From: a bacterium
Lineage (GTDB): Bacteria > UBA8248
Length of the DNA: 64,000 nt
Assembly: GCA_965203325.1 (NCBI GenBank)
Contig: OZ241875.1
Coordinates: 4,290,702-4,354,701, forward strand
Reading direction: 5' to 3'
The notes beneath the pieces are model-generated. The model was not told where the DNA came from. It did no database searches and saw only the letters and a program-made list of their open reading frames with translations. Position 1 is the stretch's first letter. Every line of letters starts with the position of its first letter. Below, one piece after another: positions 1-7,945 of the stretch. A program made the translations under genes and the position numbers.

Positions 1-1438
1 GTGCGAAATCGCGGTTGCGGTAGACGATGGGCCTGCCGTTCACGCCTTCGAGCGGGGGGCCGAGTTCCAGGTCTTTTTCGTTTCGGATGTGGCAACCCAG
101 GCAACCGACCTCTTCGAAGATGGATTTCCCTTGCTTGATCTGCGCGGCGTCATCGAGATTCGGGAACGCGGCCGGTTCCACCTTGCGCGGACCCTGCCGC
201 CAGACGTATGTGGCGATGTCCAGCGCTTCCTGGTCCGACAGGCTGAAATAGGGCATGCGGGTGCGCGGGTTGTAGTCTTTCGGCCTCTTGACCCAGGAGA
301 CGAGCCAGTCGGGCGCCACCTTCTCCTGGATTCTCGAGAGGTCCGGCCCCACCTTGCGCAGGCCTTCCGTGCCCGGAAGGGTGTGGCAGCCGTTACAGCC
401 CAACTCCCGGGTGAGGGAGATGCCGCGCGAGATTTGCGGCGCCTCGGGGATGTTGAATATCTCGGTGTGGCAGCTTCTGCACTTGGTTTGCGTTTCGCTG
501 CCGTGCAGAAGAGGGTCTTCCCAGAATTGCACGTGGCCGTGGGCCGTATTGAGGCTGGTGACGGCCGTTCCCTGACCGCCGTGGCAAAGCGTGCAACCGA
601 CCTTGTTGAATTCGTGCTTCGAGAGATAAAGACGCCTGTTGGGGTGCGTGCGGAAAGGTTGGGGCGCATCCTCGAAGCCCGCCCTGTTGATGCCCAGGTG
701 ACAGGTCTGGCACCGCTCCACCTTCATCACGGGTTCGTTGAAGTTGTTGCGCTCATATTCGCGCAGGACGAGCTGGCTGATCTCATAGGGACGGGCGGAG
801 ATGCCTTTCAGCCGCCGCTCCTGGGAGGAAATGTCGCCCGCCACTTTTCGCCGCGTCGCCTGGAGCGTTTTCAGCTCTTTTTCCTTGGCCTCAATCTTTG
901 CCTTTATCGCGTCTCTGTCGGCTTCGGCCTTCTCCGCGACGGGCGTTATCTCATCGAGGAGGGCCTTGGCCTCGTCGACTTCGGTTTGCTCGGCTTCTTT
1001 GTCATGTCCTTGCCGGATGGCTTCCTGAAGATAGAAGTAGGACTGATCGAAAAGCGCTTTTCTGAAGCCAAGCTCCTGCACTTTCTCGAAAGCGTCGAGT
1101 TCGCTCTTCGTGAGTTCTGCTTTCAGTTGCTTGAGTTCTTCGTCGCCCGCGAGTTTTTGTTCTTGCGCGGCGATTTTCTTGTCGAGTTCGGCGACCGCGG
1201 AGCCGGTGGTTTTCTTGAGTCTGTCGAGTTCTTTCTCTACCTGGGCTTTTTCATAGGCGTTGAACTGTTTCTGGTATTGTTTCCAGGGTCTGCGCGTGAA
1301 CGCCTCGTCCCAGACGGTCCAGAACGTCACCGCGACCATGAAGAGGCCCAGGATGAAAAACGGAATCGGACTGGTTTTTTCTTCCGGAGGTTTGAAGTCT
1401 CGGCCTTGCATCTTGAAAAAACGCTCCCCCACCGGCAT
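1..1438 (-). CDS. Membrane-anchored multiheme c-type cytochrome (3'-partial, continues beyond window start)
   Basis: Minus-strand frame opens after an in-frame TAG with ATG candidates at 1438 and 1411. N-terminal TM helix (PIPFFILGLFMVAVTFW), ~130-aa E/K/L-rich coiled-coil stalk, then at least 5 CxxCH heme motifs (CQTCH, CTLCH, CRSCH, CNGCH, CLGCH). The last two sit in class-I cytochrome c-like contexts (GPDLSRI...MPYFSLS...YVW; GPPLEGV). The frame runs off the window edge. Confidence 0.8.
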   Translation of the reverse strand, partial: MPVGERFFKMQGRDFKPPEEKTSPIPFFILGLFMVAVTFWTVWDEAFTRRPWKQYQKQFNAYEKAQVEKELDRLKKTTGSAVAELDKKIAAQEQKLAGDEELKQLKAELTKSELDAFEKVQELGFRKALFDQSYFYLQEAIRQGHDKEAEQTEVDEAKALLDEITPVAEKAEADRDAIKAKIEAKEKELKTLQATRRKVAGDISSQERRLKGISARPYEISQLVLREYERNNFNEPVMKVERCQTCHLGINRAGFEDAPQPFRTHPNRRLYLSKHEFNKVGCTLCHGGQGTAVTSLNTAHGHVQFWEDPLLHGSETQTKCRSCHTEIFNIPEAPQISRGISLTRELGCNGCHTLPGTEGLRKVGPDLSRIQEKVAPDWLVSWVKRPKDYNPRTRMPYFSLSDQEALDIATYVWRQGPRKVEPAAFPNLDDAAQIKQGKSIFEEVGCLGCHIRNEKDLELGPPLEGVNGRPIVYRNRDFA

Positions 1439-1479
1439 TTTGAGCGGAAATTCCGGGTTTCTTGGCTAAAATCCGGCTG

Positions 1480-1508
1480 ATTATAGGTACGGGCATGACG
1501 GGCGTCAA
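1480..1508 (-). promoter_or_regulatory. Sigma70-like promoter for the cytochrome gene (TTGACG-N17-TATAAT on minus strand)
   Basis: Minus-strand reading of 1508->1480 gives TTGACG (1508-1503), a 17-nt spacer, then TATAAT (1485-1480), about 40 nt upstream of ATG 1438. Direct sequence match to consensus. Confidence 0.5.
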
Positions 1509-1633
1509 CCGCAGAGCGGGTAGTTTTGACTTAAGATAATTCCGCCTGCATACGGGGAGAATATGCTGAAAACGCGAATCGCCTCCCGAAAGAGACGGCG
1601 GGTGTTCATGCCCCGCATTCGCCTCGCCTGAAG

Positions 1634-4600
1634 TTATTCGTTTTGGCTTCTGATGATGCCGGCGAGTTGGCCGATGATGGCGATGGAGATGGTCGGGTGC
1701 TCGTGAATCAGTTCGAGAAGGGGCTCTTTCTCGATACCCAGCAATGAGGTGTCCCGGCTGGCTCGCGCGCCTGCGCTTCTGCCCTCATCGCCGAAAAGCG
1801 CGATTTCCCCGAACGAGGTCGGGGGACCGAGCGTGGCCAGAATCCTCGGCGCCCCGTTCGCCTGGTTGAGGATGATTTCTATTTCCCCGTCCACGATGAC
1901 GTAGAGATAATCACAAGGGTCTCCCTGTTCGAAGAGAACCGTTCCCTCCGGTATCTGGATTTCCCTGGAAATGTTGCTCAGTATTTTCAACTCGTCCGCG
2001 CTCAACGTCTCGAACATGTTGACGCCTTTCAAGAACAGGGCTTTTTCGATGGTCGAGAGCATGAATTTCTCCTGTCCGTGTAGAATTTCGCCGACCGCGC
2101 CGTCTCGGGGGCGGTCCCGGCGCGTCTGGATGCGCACCAGTCGGCTTTCGTCATTCTCCATGGTTCTCAAGAACGCCTCAAGTTCGTCTTCGTCTTTCCC
2201 GATGATTCTCGTTGCGACGACCGCCGCCTCGCGGACGTAGGGGTCGCCCTCGGAGGCCCGCGCCTTGAATTGCGCGCGCCATTCGGCGGTCGCCTCATCC
2301 GGTTCGCTTTCGAGGTGTTTGCCCGCCGCGTCGACGGCGATGGCCTGGAGCCACGCGTTTTCGGAATCCATATAAGTCGTCAGCACCTCGTCAATCGATC
2401 CTTCGGGTATCTCCCAAAGTTTCCTGCCCTCGGAGACCTTGTCGGCGGTCGACCTGCCGAGCAGCAAAGGTTCGAGAGCCAGAATCAGGACTCTCGTATT
2501 GCCGGCCGAAGAGAAGTTCGAGAGCGTTTCGATGGCGATGGCTCTCGACGAGGAGCCGCCCCGTGCGAGGGATTCCGACACGGTATCCACCGTCTTCTCG
2601 TCTCCAATCACCCCCAATAGTTCCAGCAAAACCAGTTGTCTTTCCGCGACGACGTCTTCAAGCGCTTTTCTCAGCATCGTGAAGGCGGGTGCGTTTTCCC
2701 GGCGTTCGATGACGTGGAGGTGATTGATGACGCCGTAGACTTCCCGCAGGTGCTCCACGGCGAACCCCGAGAGGGAGTCCACGATTTCCTGCGCGCTCAT
2801 TTCGCGGGAGCCGTTTTCGGCGCTTCTGGACAAAAGCGGAGCAAGAAACGAAAGTACCCCGGAACCTTCGAGCGAGAGGGTTCCTTTTCGCTTCATGTTC
2901 TTGAGCGATTCGACGGCCTCTCGCCTCACCAGAAAATCGACGTCCGAGAGAGCGGTCAGGGCGCGTTCGAAACTCTCCCGCGAGCCTTTGTTGCCCAGTT
3001 GCCGGACGCCTCTGCGCCTGATGGCCGCGCTCTCATCCGAGGTGGTCACCCGGATGACTTCTTCCATGCTCTCCTCATCGACTCCCTGGTTCATGGCCAG
3101 AACTTCTATCGCCTCCAAGGCGGCTTCGCGGACTTTCTCCTCGTCCTGATAGAGATAGGGAATCAATCGTCTGATGAAGCGCGGGTTCTGAAGCTCTCCC
3201 ATGCACCTGAGGGCGCAGACCCTGGCCGCCGCGTCTTCTTCGTTCAGCATCCGGTGCAGGGTTTGCAGGCCGTTGGCGAGCCAGAACAGATCGTCCGAGC
3301 GGACGAGCAGCTCGACGGCACGGGCCCGGACTTCGGGGGAGCCGCTTTCCAGATTCTCGTGGACCAGTTCCGCCGTCTCCTCCGTCAGTCCGATGCTTTC
3401 CGCCGCATCCATGGCGGCGCACTGGAGGAGCGGCTCCTCGCAGGTGAGGTATTCCTCCAGCAGGGGCCGCATTTTCTCGCCCTCATCGGCTCCGGGAGCC
3501 CTGGCGAGAATTTTCAGCAACTCGGCCGCGGCCCCTCCTTTTCGCCGGGGGATTTCTTCGAGGATGATCCCGAAAATTTCGCTTCTGCCGCTTTCCGCCA
3601 TCATCTGCGCCGTGAAGACGCAAAGATCATCGTCCCCCTCGCGGATGTTCTTCCTGAGTATCGCCATGCTCTCATCGTCAACCGGGCCGAACCCTTCCTG
3701 CGCGTAGCGGAACAGGCCCAAGTTTCTCTCCTCGAGCATCCGGCGCAGGGCGGCGCCGTATTCATGACGCACGAAGAAGCCGACGGCCAGATAGGCGAAG
3801 GCGATGAACAAGGAGATGAGCGCCAATTGGCCTGCGCTCAAGGGGAAGAGGGCGAGACCGGTGGGCTTGATGATGAGCAGGGCGACGCCGCTGACGATGC
3901 TGGCCACGGCGACCACCTGGCCCGCGACGAACGCGCCGACTCTCGCGCGGATCGAGGGGGAGACGGCGTTATAGAGCAGGGCGTTGATGGCGTTTCGAAT
4001 CGATTCCTGGAGGTTCTTGTTGTTGAAGCGCAAGAAGACGGCGGAATAGAAGCCGGGCGAAATCGCCATGCCGGCGAGGCCGATGATGGTCGTGAGCGGG
4101 TAGAGGAGGTTCGCCGTTCCCAGGCCGAGCCGCTTGATGATGCGCGGGGTGATGAACGTCTGAACGAGCAGGGAGAAGGCGCTCCCGATGGCGGTGAAAT
4201 ACCCTAAAAACGAGGCGAGTTGCGCGCGGTCGGGAAAGACTTCGCGGAATACGAGGCTGTATTGGAAATCCTGAAAACTCCTGAGAATCACCACGATGAA
4301 GCTGAACAGGGCGAACGCGCAGACGTATCTGTTCGTCCGCATGAGCGCGAGATTGCCGCCTTTTGAGGCCGTCTTGGTTGTTTTGCGCTTTTTGGGGCCC
4401 GCATCGTCGATCAGGTGGTCTCTCAGCCGCCGTTCGGTGTATTGCACCACACCGACGCTTACGACGATGGCGCCGATCCATACATAGAGCAGATTCGAGA
4501 CGCTCCCCAGGATGGGGATGAGCAGCGGAATGGCGAGGCCGCCGACAATGCCGCCGTAGCGTCCCCCGGTCAGGATGATCGGAACCAGCCGTTTGGATTG

Positions 4601-5041
4601 CAGGACGTCGAGATACTGCCCGTAAAGGGCGCGGAAATTGTTCGGCAGCATGTTCGTGAACATGACGAACAGCGTGTGGAGAAGCGGGAATGCGATCGGC
4701 ATCGCGTAGGCGCGGAAATCCGCGAAGATGAGCAGTTTGATGCCGAAAACGAGCACGATGAAAAAAACCAGGACGGTCTTGAACATCGCCGGAATCGAGA
4801 GTTTTTCGGTCAGCGAGGAGTAGAAGGTGCTGATGAAGATGATCATCAGGGCGTTGAATATGTACATATAGGGGAGAAAACCCGGGCCGACTTCCGAGAG
4901 GAACAGGGCTTCGGATACGGTGAGCCCGATGGAGAACTGAATCCCGATCAGGAAATAGAAGAAAAAGAACACCGAGAAGACGAGCAACTCTTCTTCCTGG
5001 ATGTTGAAGACTTTTTTGAGGAGTTTCTTCATGCCGGTCAC
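1634..5041 (-). CDS. 1135-aa fusion: 12-TM transporter domain (ATP:ADP antiporter/TLC-Npt-like or MFS-like) + HEAT (PBS-lyase-type) repeat region + C-terminal CAP-type cyclic-nucleotide-binding domain
   Basis: GTG start at 5041 (ATG alternative at 5032). About 480 aa with ~12 hydrophobic helices. A central ~450 aa region has repeated E..VR..A...L / DE.AA.R..A.R.LG HEAT-like units. C-terminus has the cNMP-binding signature (LSADELKILSNI...FGEIALF...RSAGARA). The specific transporter family is recalled from memory and needs an HMM check. Confidence 0.7.
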   Translation of the reverse strand: MTGMKKLLKKVFNIQEEELLVFSVFFFFYFLIGIQFSIGLTVSEALFLSEVGPGFLPYMYIFNALMIIFISTFYSSLTEKLSIPAMFKTVLVFFIVLVFGIKLLIFADFRAYAMPIAFPLLHTLFVMFTNMLPNNFRALYGQYLDVLQSKRLVPIILTGGRYGGIVGGLAIPLLIPILGSVSNLLYVWIGAIVVSVGVVQYTERRLRDHLIDDAGPKKRKTTKTASKGGNLALMRTNRYVCAFALFSFIVVILRSFQDFQYSLVFREVFPDRAQLASFLGYFTAIGSAFSLLVQTFITPRIIKRLGLGTANLLYPLTTIIGLAGMAISPGFYSAVFLRFNNKNLQESIRNAINALLYNAVSPSIRARVGAFVAGQVVAVASIVSGVALLIIKPTGLALFPLSAGQLALISLFIAFAYLAVGFFVRHEYGAALRRMLEERNLGLFRYAQEGFGPVDDESMAILRKNIREGDDDLCVFTAQMMAESGRSEIFGIILEEIPRRKGGAAAELLKILARAPGADEGEKMRPLLEEYLTCEEPLLQCAAMDAAESIGLTEETAELVHENLESGSPEVRARAVELLVRSDDLFWLANGLQTLHRMLNEEDAAARVCALRCMGELQNPRFIRRLIPYLYQDEEKVREAALEAIEVLAMNQGVDEESMEEVIRVTTSDESAAIRRRGVRQLGNKGSRESFERALTALSDVDFLVRREAVESLKNMKRKGTLSLEGSGVLSFLAPLLSRSAENGSREMSAQEIVDSLSGFAVEHLREVYGVINHLHVIERRENAPAFTMLRKALEDVVAERQLVLLELLGVIGDEKTVDTVSESLARGGSSSRAIAIETLSNFSSAGNTRVLILALEPLLLGRSTADKVSEGRKLWEIPEGSIDEVLTTYMDSENAWLQAIAVDAAGKHLESEPDEATAEWRAQFKARASEGDPYVREAAVVATRIIGKDEDELEAFLRTMENDESRLVRIQTRRDRPRDGAVGEILHGQEKFMLSTIEKALFLKGVNMFETLSADELKILSNISREIQIPEGTVLFEQGDPCDYLYVIVDGEIEIILNQANGAPRILATLGPPTSFGEIALFGDEGRSAGARASRDTSLLGIEKEPLLELIHEHPTISIAIIGQLAGIIRSQNE

Positions 5042-5128
5042 TTATCAAGCGGTGGAGAGGATACTTCGTGAGATTATCGCCTCCCGGAAGCTCCGGAGTG
5101 GAAGCGAACTTGCGCTGTTGATTCTAGC

Positions 5129-6775
5129 CTAGGCTTTTTGAGATTTCCATGAGTAGAACGACAAGGCGTCCTCCGTCCACTGCGCGCAGTTCCGGCTGAA
5201 TCTATCCCATCGGCTGTTGGCGCATTGGGCGCGAACGGGGTCGGCGTTGCCCTCGGCAATGAGGCCGTTGAGCGGCGAGAGGTCGAATTCGGCCCGAACG
5301 GGCACTCTGCCGCGCTCCTCGGGGCCGAGGAGAGACAAAAAGCGCGCGAACGCGTCGAATGCGCCTCGAATCTTCTCGCACAGGTGCTCCGCGCCTCCCG
5401 CGTATGCGACCAGGGGTGGAACCAAAGGGGCGTAGCGGTTCAGTTCCATGCCACCCTCCGTGCGGTTCGTGATGCTGTCCACGCCGACGACCCCGACCGA
5501 ATCCTCCGAGAATTCCACCGGAAAGAGTCTGGCGTAAATCGTTTCCACGACCGGCCCTTCGCGGCTGAGCCTCAGATGAACGCGGACGCTGAACAGGCCG
5601 AAATCGATCCAGTCGCATATCAGCGGAAGGTAGCGCGCGTCGAACACCTGCTCGTAGTTCTCGATGGCGCTCGCCAGGAGGCGAATCGAATCCTCACGCG
5701 TGCGGGACGCTTCGCGCAGTTCGGATTCGAGTCTGGGCGCGCAGTTTTTGAGCATCTGCCCCAAAACGTCCGGGGAAGCGCCGCCTCCCGCCCTTCGGGT
5801 CTTGACGTAGGCTTTCGCGGTCGCCGGGCTTTCCTGGAAGCGGTGAACGAGCCAGTCCATCGCCTGGAGGTGATCGTGGTTTTCCGCGTCGAGAGACAAG
5901 GGGAGGGGAATCGCGTGGTCCGCCGCGACGCCGAGTCTGCTCAAATCCGGAAATCCGAACCCGTTGGGGTAGACGTCCAGCCGAAAGCATCCGCGTCCCC
6001 CGCCGCCTTCCTGCGGTTTGACGAAGAAAGTCCCCGTCCCCCGTTTTTGAGACAGGGCGGAGGCCCTCTCCAGAATGGCGGCGGCGGTCTCCGCAGGTCT
6101 TCCTCCGTTCAGTTCCACCACTTCATAGGCGGCCGTCAGGCGACGCTCGGGACCGCCCGCTTCGGGGTTTTCCGTGTCCGTCCCGTTTCCGTTCAGGAGT
6201 TCGTACGTGGTTTTCTTGTTGGAGAGCGGCCCGCCGGGGGCGGTGAGAGACCCCGGCGCGACGACGATTCCGCGGGCTTCCAGGACCTTGGCGAGGGTGG
6301 CGTCGTAGAGGCTTCTCTGGGCGGTCTGGCTGATGACGAGCAACTCTTTCGGCGCTCTGGCGGCGCGGGCCAGCAGTTCCTCCCGCCGGTTCAGGACCCT
6401 GACGGGGATGGACAACCCGAGTTGTTTCAGGTGCGCCCTCATCACCCGCGCCGTTTCCATGGTGAGGGGGAGCCGGCTCGGGGAGCCGTCCAGCAAAAGG
6501 ATTTCTCCCGGACGCCGAATGGGCGGCGCGTCTTCCAGAATGCGCAAGTCTGCGAAACGGGGTTCGCGCGACGCCCAGAGGTTGAGGCTTTCGATCAGCG
6601 TTTCGTTCAGATCGCCGTCAGGCGAGTCGAACTCCCGGCTCACGCGGTACAGGTCCCAGACGCCGCCGCTCGCATCGGGCGTGAGATTGTAGAGAGCGGG
6701 TTCCCGCGCGATGCGGGGATGGTTTGATGGTTTGCGCGAGGTCAAGGTTTCGTTCTCGATGCCTAAAACACCCAC
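5129..6775 (-). CDS. Hypothetical protein, possible ATP-grasp-like carboxylate-amine ligase
   Basis: 548-aa ORF whose start overlaps the stop of the upstream gene by 13 nt. Contains FFVKPQEGGGGRGCF (Lys + Gly-rich loop reminiscent of the ATP-grasp phosphate loop) and a downstream AEFDL...N stretch. No strong family match from memory. Confidence 0.45.
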   Translation of the reverse strand: MGVLGIENETLTSRKPSNHPRIAREPALYNLTPDASGGVWDLYRVSREFDSPDGDLNETLIESLNLWASREPRFADLRILEDAPPIRRPGEILLLDGSPSRLPLTMETARVMRAHLKQLGLSIPVRVLNRREELLARAARAPKELLVISQTAQRSLYDATLAKVLEARGIVVAPGSLTAPGGPLSNKKTTYELLNGNGTDTENPEAGGPERRLTAAYEVVELNGGRPAETAAAILERASALSQKRGTGTFFVKPQEGGGGRGCFRLDVYPNGFGFPDLSRLGVAADHAIPLPLSLDAENHDHLQAMDWLVHRFQESPATAKAYVKTRRAGGGASPDVLGQMLKNCAPRLESELREASRTREDSIRLLASAIENYEQVFDARYLPLICDWIDFGLFSVRVHLRLSREGPVVETIYARLFPVEFSEDSVGVVGVDSITNRTEGGMELNRYAPLVPPLVAYAGGAEHLCEKIRGAFDAFARFLSLLGPEERGRVPVRAEFDLSPLNGLIAEGNADPVRAQCANSRWDRFSRNCAQWTEDALSFYSWKSQKA

Positions 6776-7932
6776 TTGCGCTGGCGCATGAAGTGTTTGA
6801 TCACCCAGTCCGCAATGGCGCCGCCCACGGCATTGTCGGTCGCAAGGGAAGAGGGGTTCGGGGCGATGCAGCTCAGGGCGCGTATCCCCGTCATACGATA
6901 CGCCTCCTCGCGCGCGTGCGCTTCGTTGGCGAGCCTTCCGGAAATGAGCATGTTTTCCTCCTCCACCCCCAGGTGGCTTCGGATCCAGTGGACGATGAGC
7001 GTTGATTCCAGCGTATCACATGCGCAGACGATCAACCCTCTGCGCGAGAGCCAGTCTTTGACCCAGGGGTCGCTCGCCACGTGAAGGCTGGCGTCCGAGG
7101 AGGGAGAATCCGCCAGTTCCGCGATGACGATTTCCGCCTTGGCGCATGCGTGGCGTAGCAGGTTTTGGGCGCATCGCCTGACCTTGTGCCTGGAGACGCC
7201 GCACGTGGAGGCAAGGCCCGCATCGACGAAATCCCAGCCGAGTCTCGCGGAATCGAAAAACCCGAGCGGTCTTCCGTAGTTCACTTGCATGAGGTCCCGC
7301 ATCCGGCCGGTTCCCGTGAGTTTCACGTATGAAACGTGAATGCCCGAGGAGTGCAGGGCGGAGGCGAGCGAAGACGCGCAGGTCGTTTTGCCCACGTCCA
7401 TATCGGAGCCGGTGACCAGGATGATGGGAGCGCAGGGAACTCCCTCTTCATCCACGGGGCAGCGGGTATCGGGAATGACGGGGAGATGAGAAAGCAGAGC
7501 GGGTTCGCCTCGATGCGCGACGCCCCCTTTCACCTCTATTCTCACGCACGGCGTTTCGGGGTTCGTGCGGATCCCGCAGACGCCGCCGACATTCAACAGG
7601 TCGAGCACGGTTCCGGGTGCTGCGGGAGAGTCCGGCTCACGGCCCGAAACGCTGCGATTCGCATATCGCCCGCCGATCACAACGACCACGTTCATCTTTT
7701 CGCGCAATTTTGCTTCGCTCGTCATCCAGGCATCTTGCGTCCCCTGGAGGACTTCGAGTGTTTCCAGGCGATCGACGGGAGCGTTCTTCGGCGCTGCGAC
7801 GACTTCACCCAGCGCGATTCCGTTCGAGGGAACGGCCCTGGGGTCGGGCGTGAAATCCGCATCGAACGCATACGGGATTTCAGGCGACAGGAACAATCCT
7901 CGGGCGGTGGATGCGAAAAAGTCCGGTTTCAA
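6763..7932 (-). CDS. DUF1611-like protein (N-terminal Rossmann-like domain + P-loop NTPase-like domain)
   Basis: 389 aa with TTG start. Begins with NVVVVIGGRYA (Rossmann-like strand), then ILVTGSDMDVGKTTCASSLASAL (Walker-A-like GKTT). Architecture resembles DUF1611/COG3367; family assignment is from memory. Confidence 0.55.
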   Translation of the reverse strand: MKPDFFASTARGLFLSPEIPYAFDADFTPDPRAVPSNGIALGEVVAAPKNAPVDRLETLEVLQGTQDAWMTSEAKLREKMNVVVVIGGRYANRSVSGREPDSPAAPGTVLDLLNVGGVCGIRTNPETPCVRIEVKGGVAHRGEPALLSHLPVIPDTRCPVDEEGVPCAPIILVTGSDMDVGKTTCASSLASALHSSGIHVSYVKLTGTGRMRDLMQVNYGRPLGFFDSARLGWDFVDAGLASTCGVSRHKVRRCAQNLLRHACAKAEIVIAELADSPSSDASLHVASDPWVKDWLSRRGLIVCACDTLESTLIVHWIRSHLGVEEENMLISGRLANEAHAREEAYRMTGIRALSCIAPNPSSLATDNAVGGAIADWVIKHFMRQRKWVF

Positions 7933-7945
7933 TTTTCACCATGTC

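Noticed and set aside
89-1480. 463-aa + strand ORF in the supplied track
   Set aside because: It is the antisense shadow of the minus-strand multiheme cytochrome gene. Its translation is low-complexity and Arg/Leu/Gly-rich with no motifs, whereas the opposite strand gives TM + CxxCH hemes.
2636-4207. 523-aa + strand ORF (also 4415-5071 +, 3969-5048 -) overlapping the transporter fusion gene
   Set aside because: Shadow ORFs typical of 65% GC DNA. Products are Arg/Gly/Asp-rich and non-globular, while the opposite-frame product has coherent TM/HEAT/cNMP domains.
5126-5140. Palindrome AGCCTAGGCT followed by TTTTT as an intrinsic terminator
   Set aside because: It is oriented for + strand transcription, but both flanking genes are on the minus strand, and the palindrome overlaps the stop codon of the 548-aa gene. 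It is more likely coincidental or a restriction-site-like palindrome.
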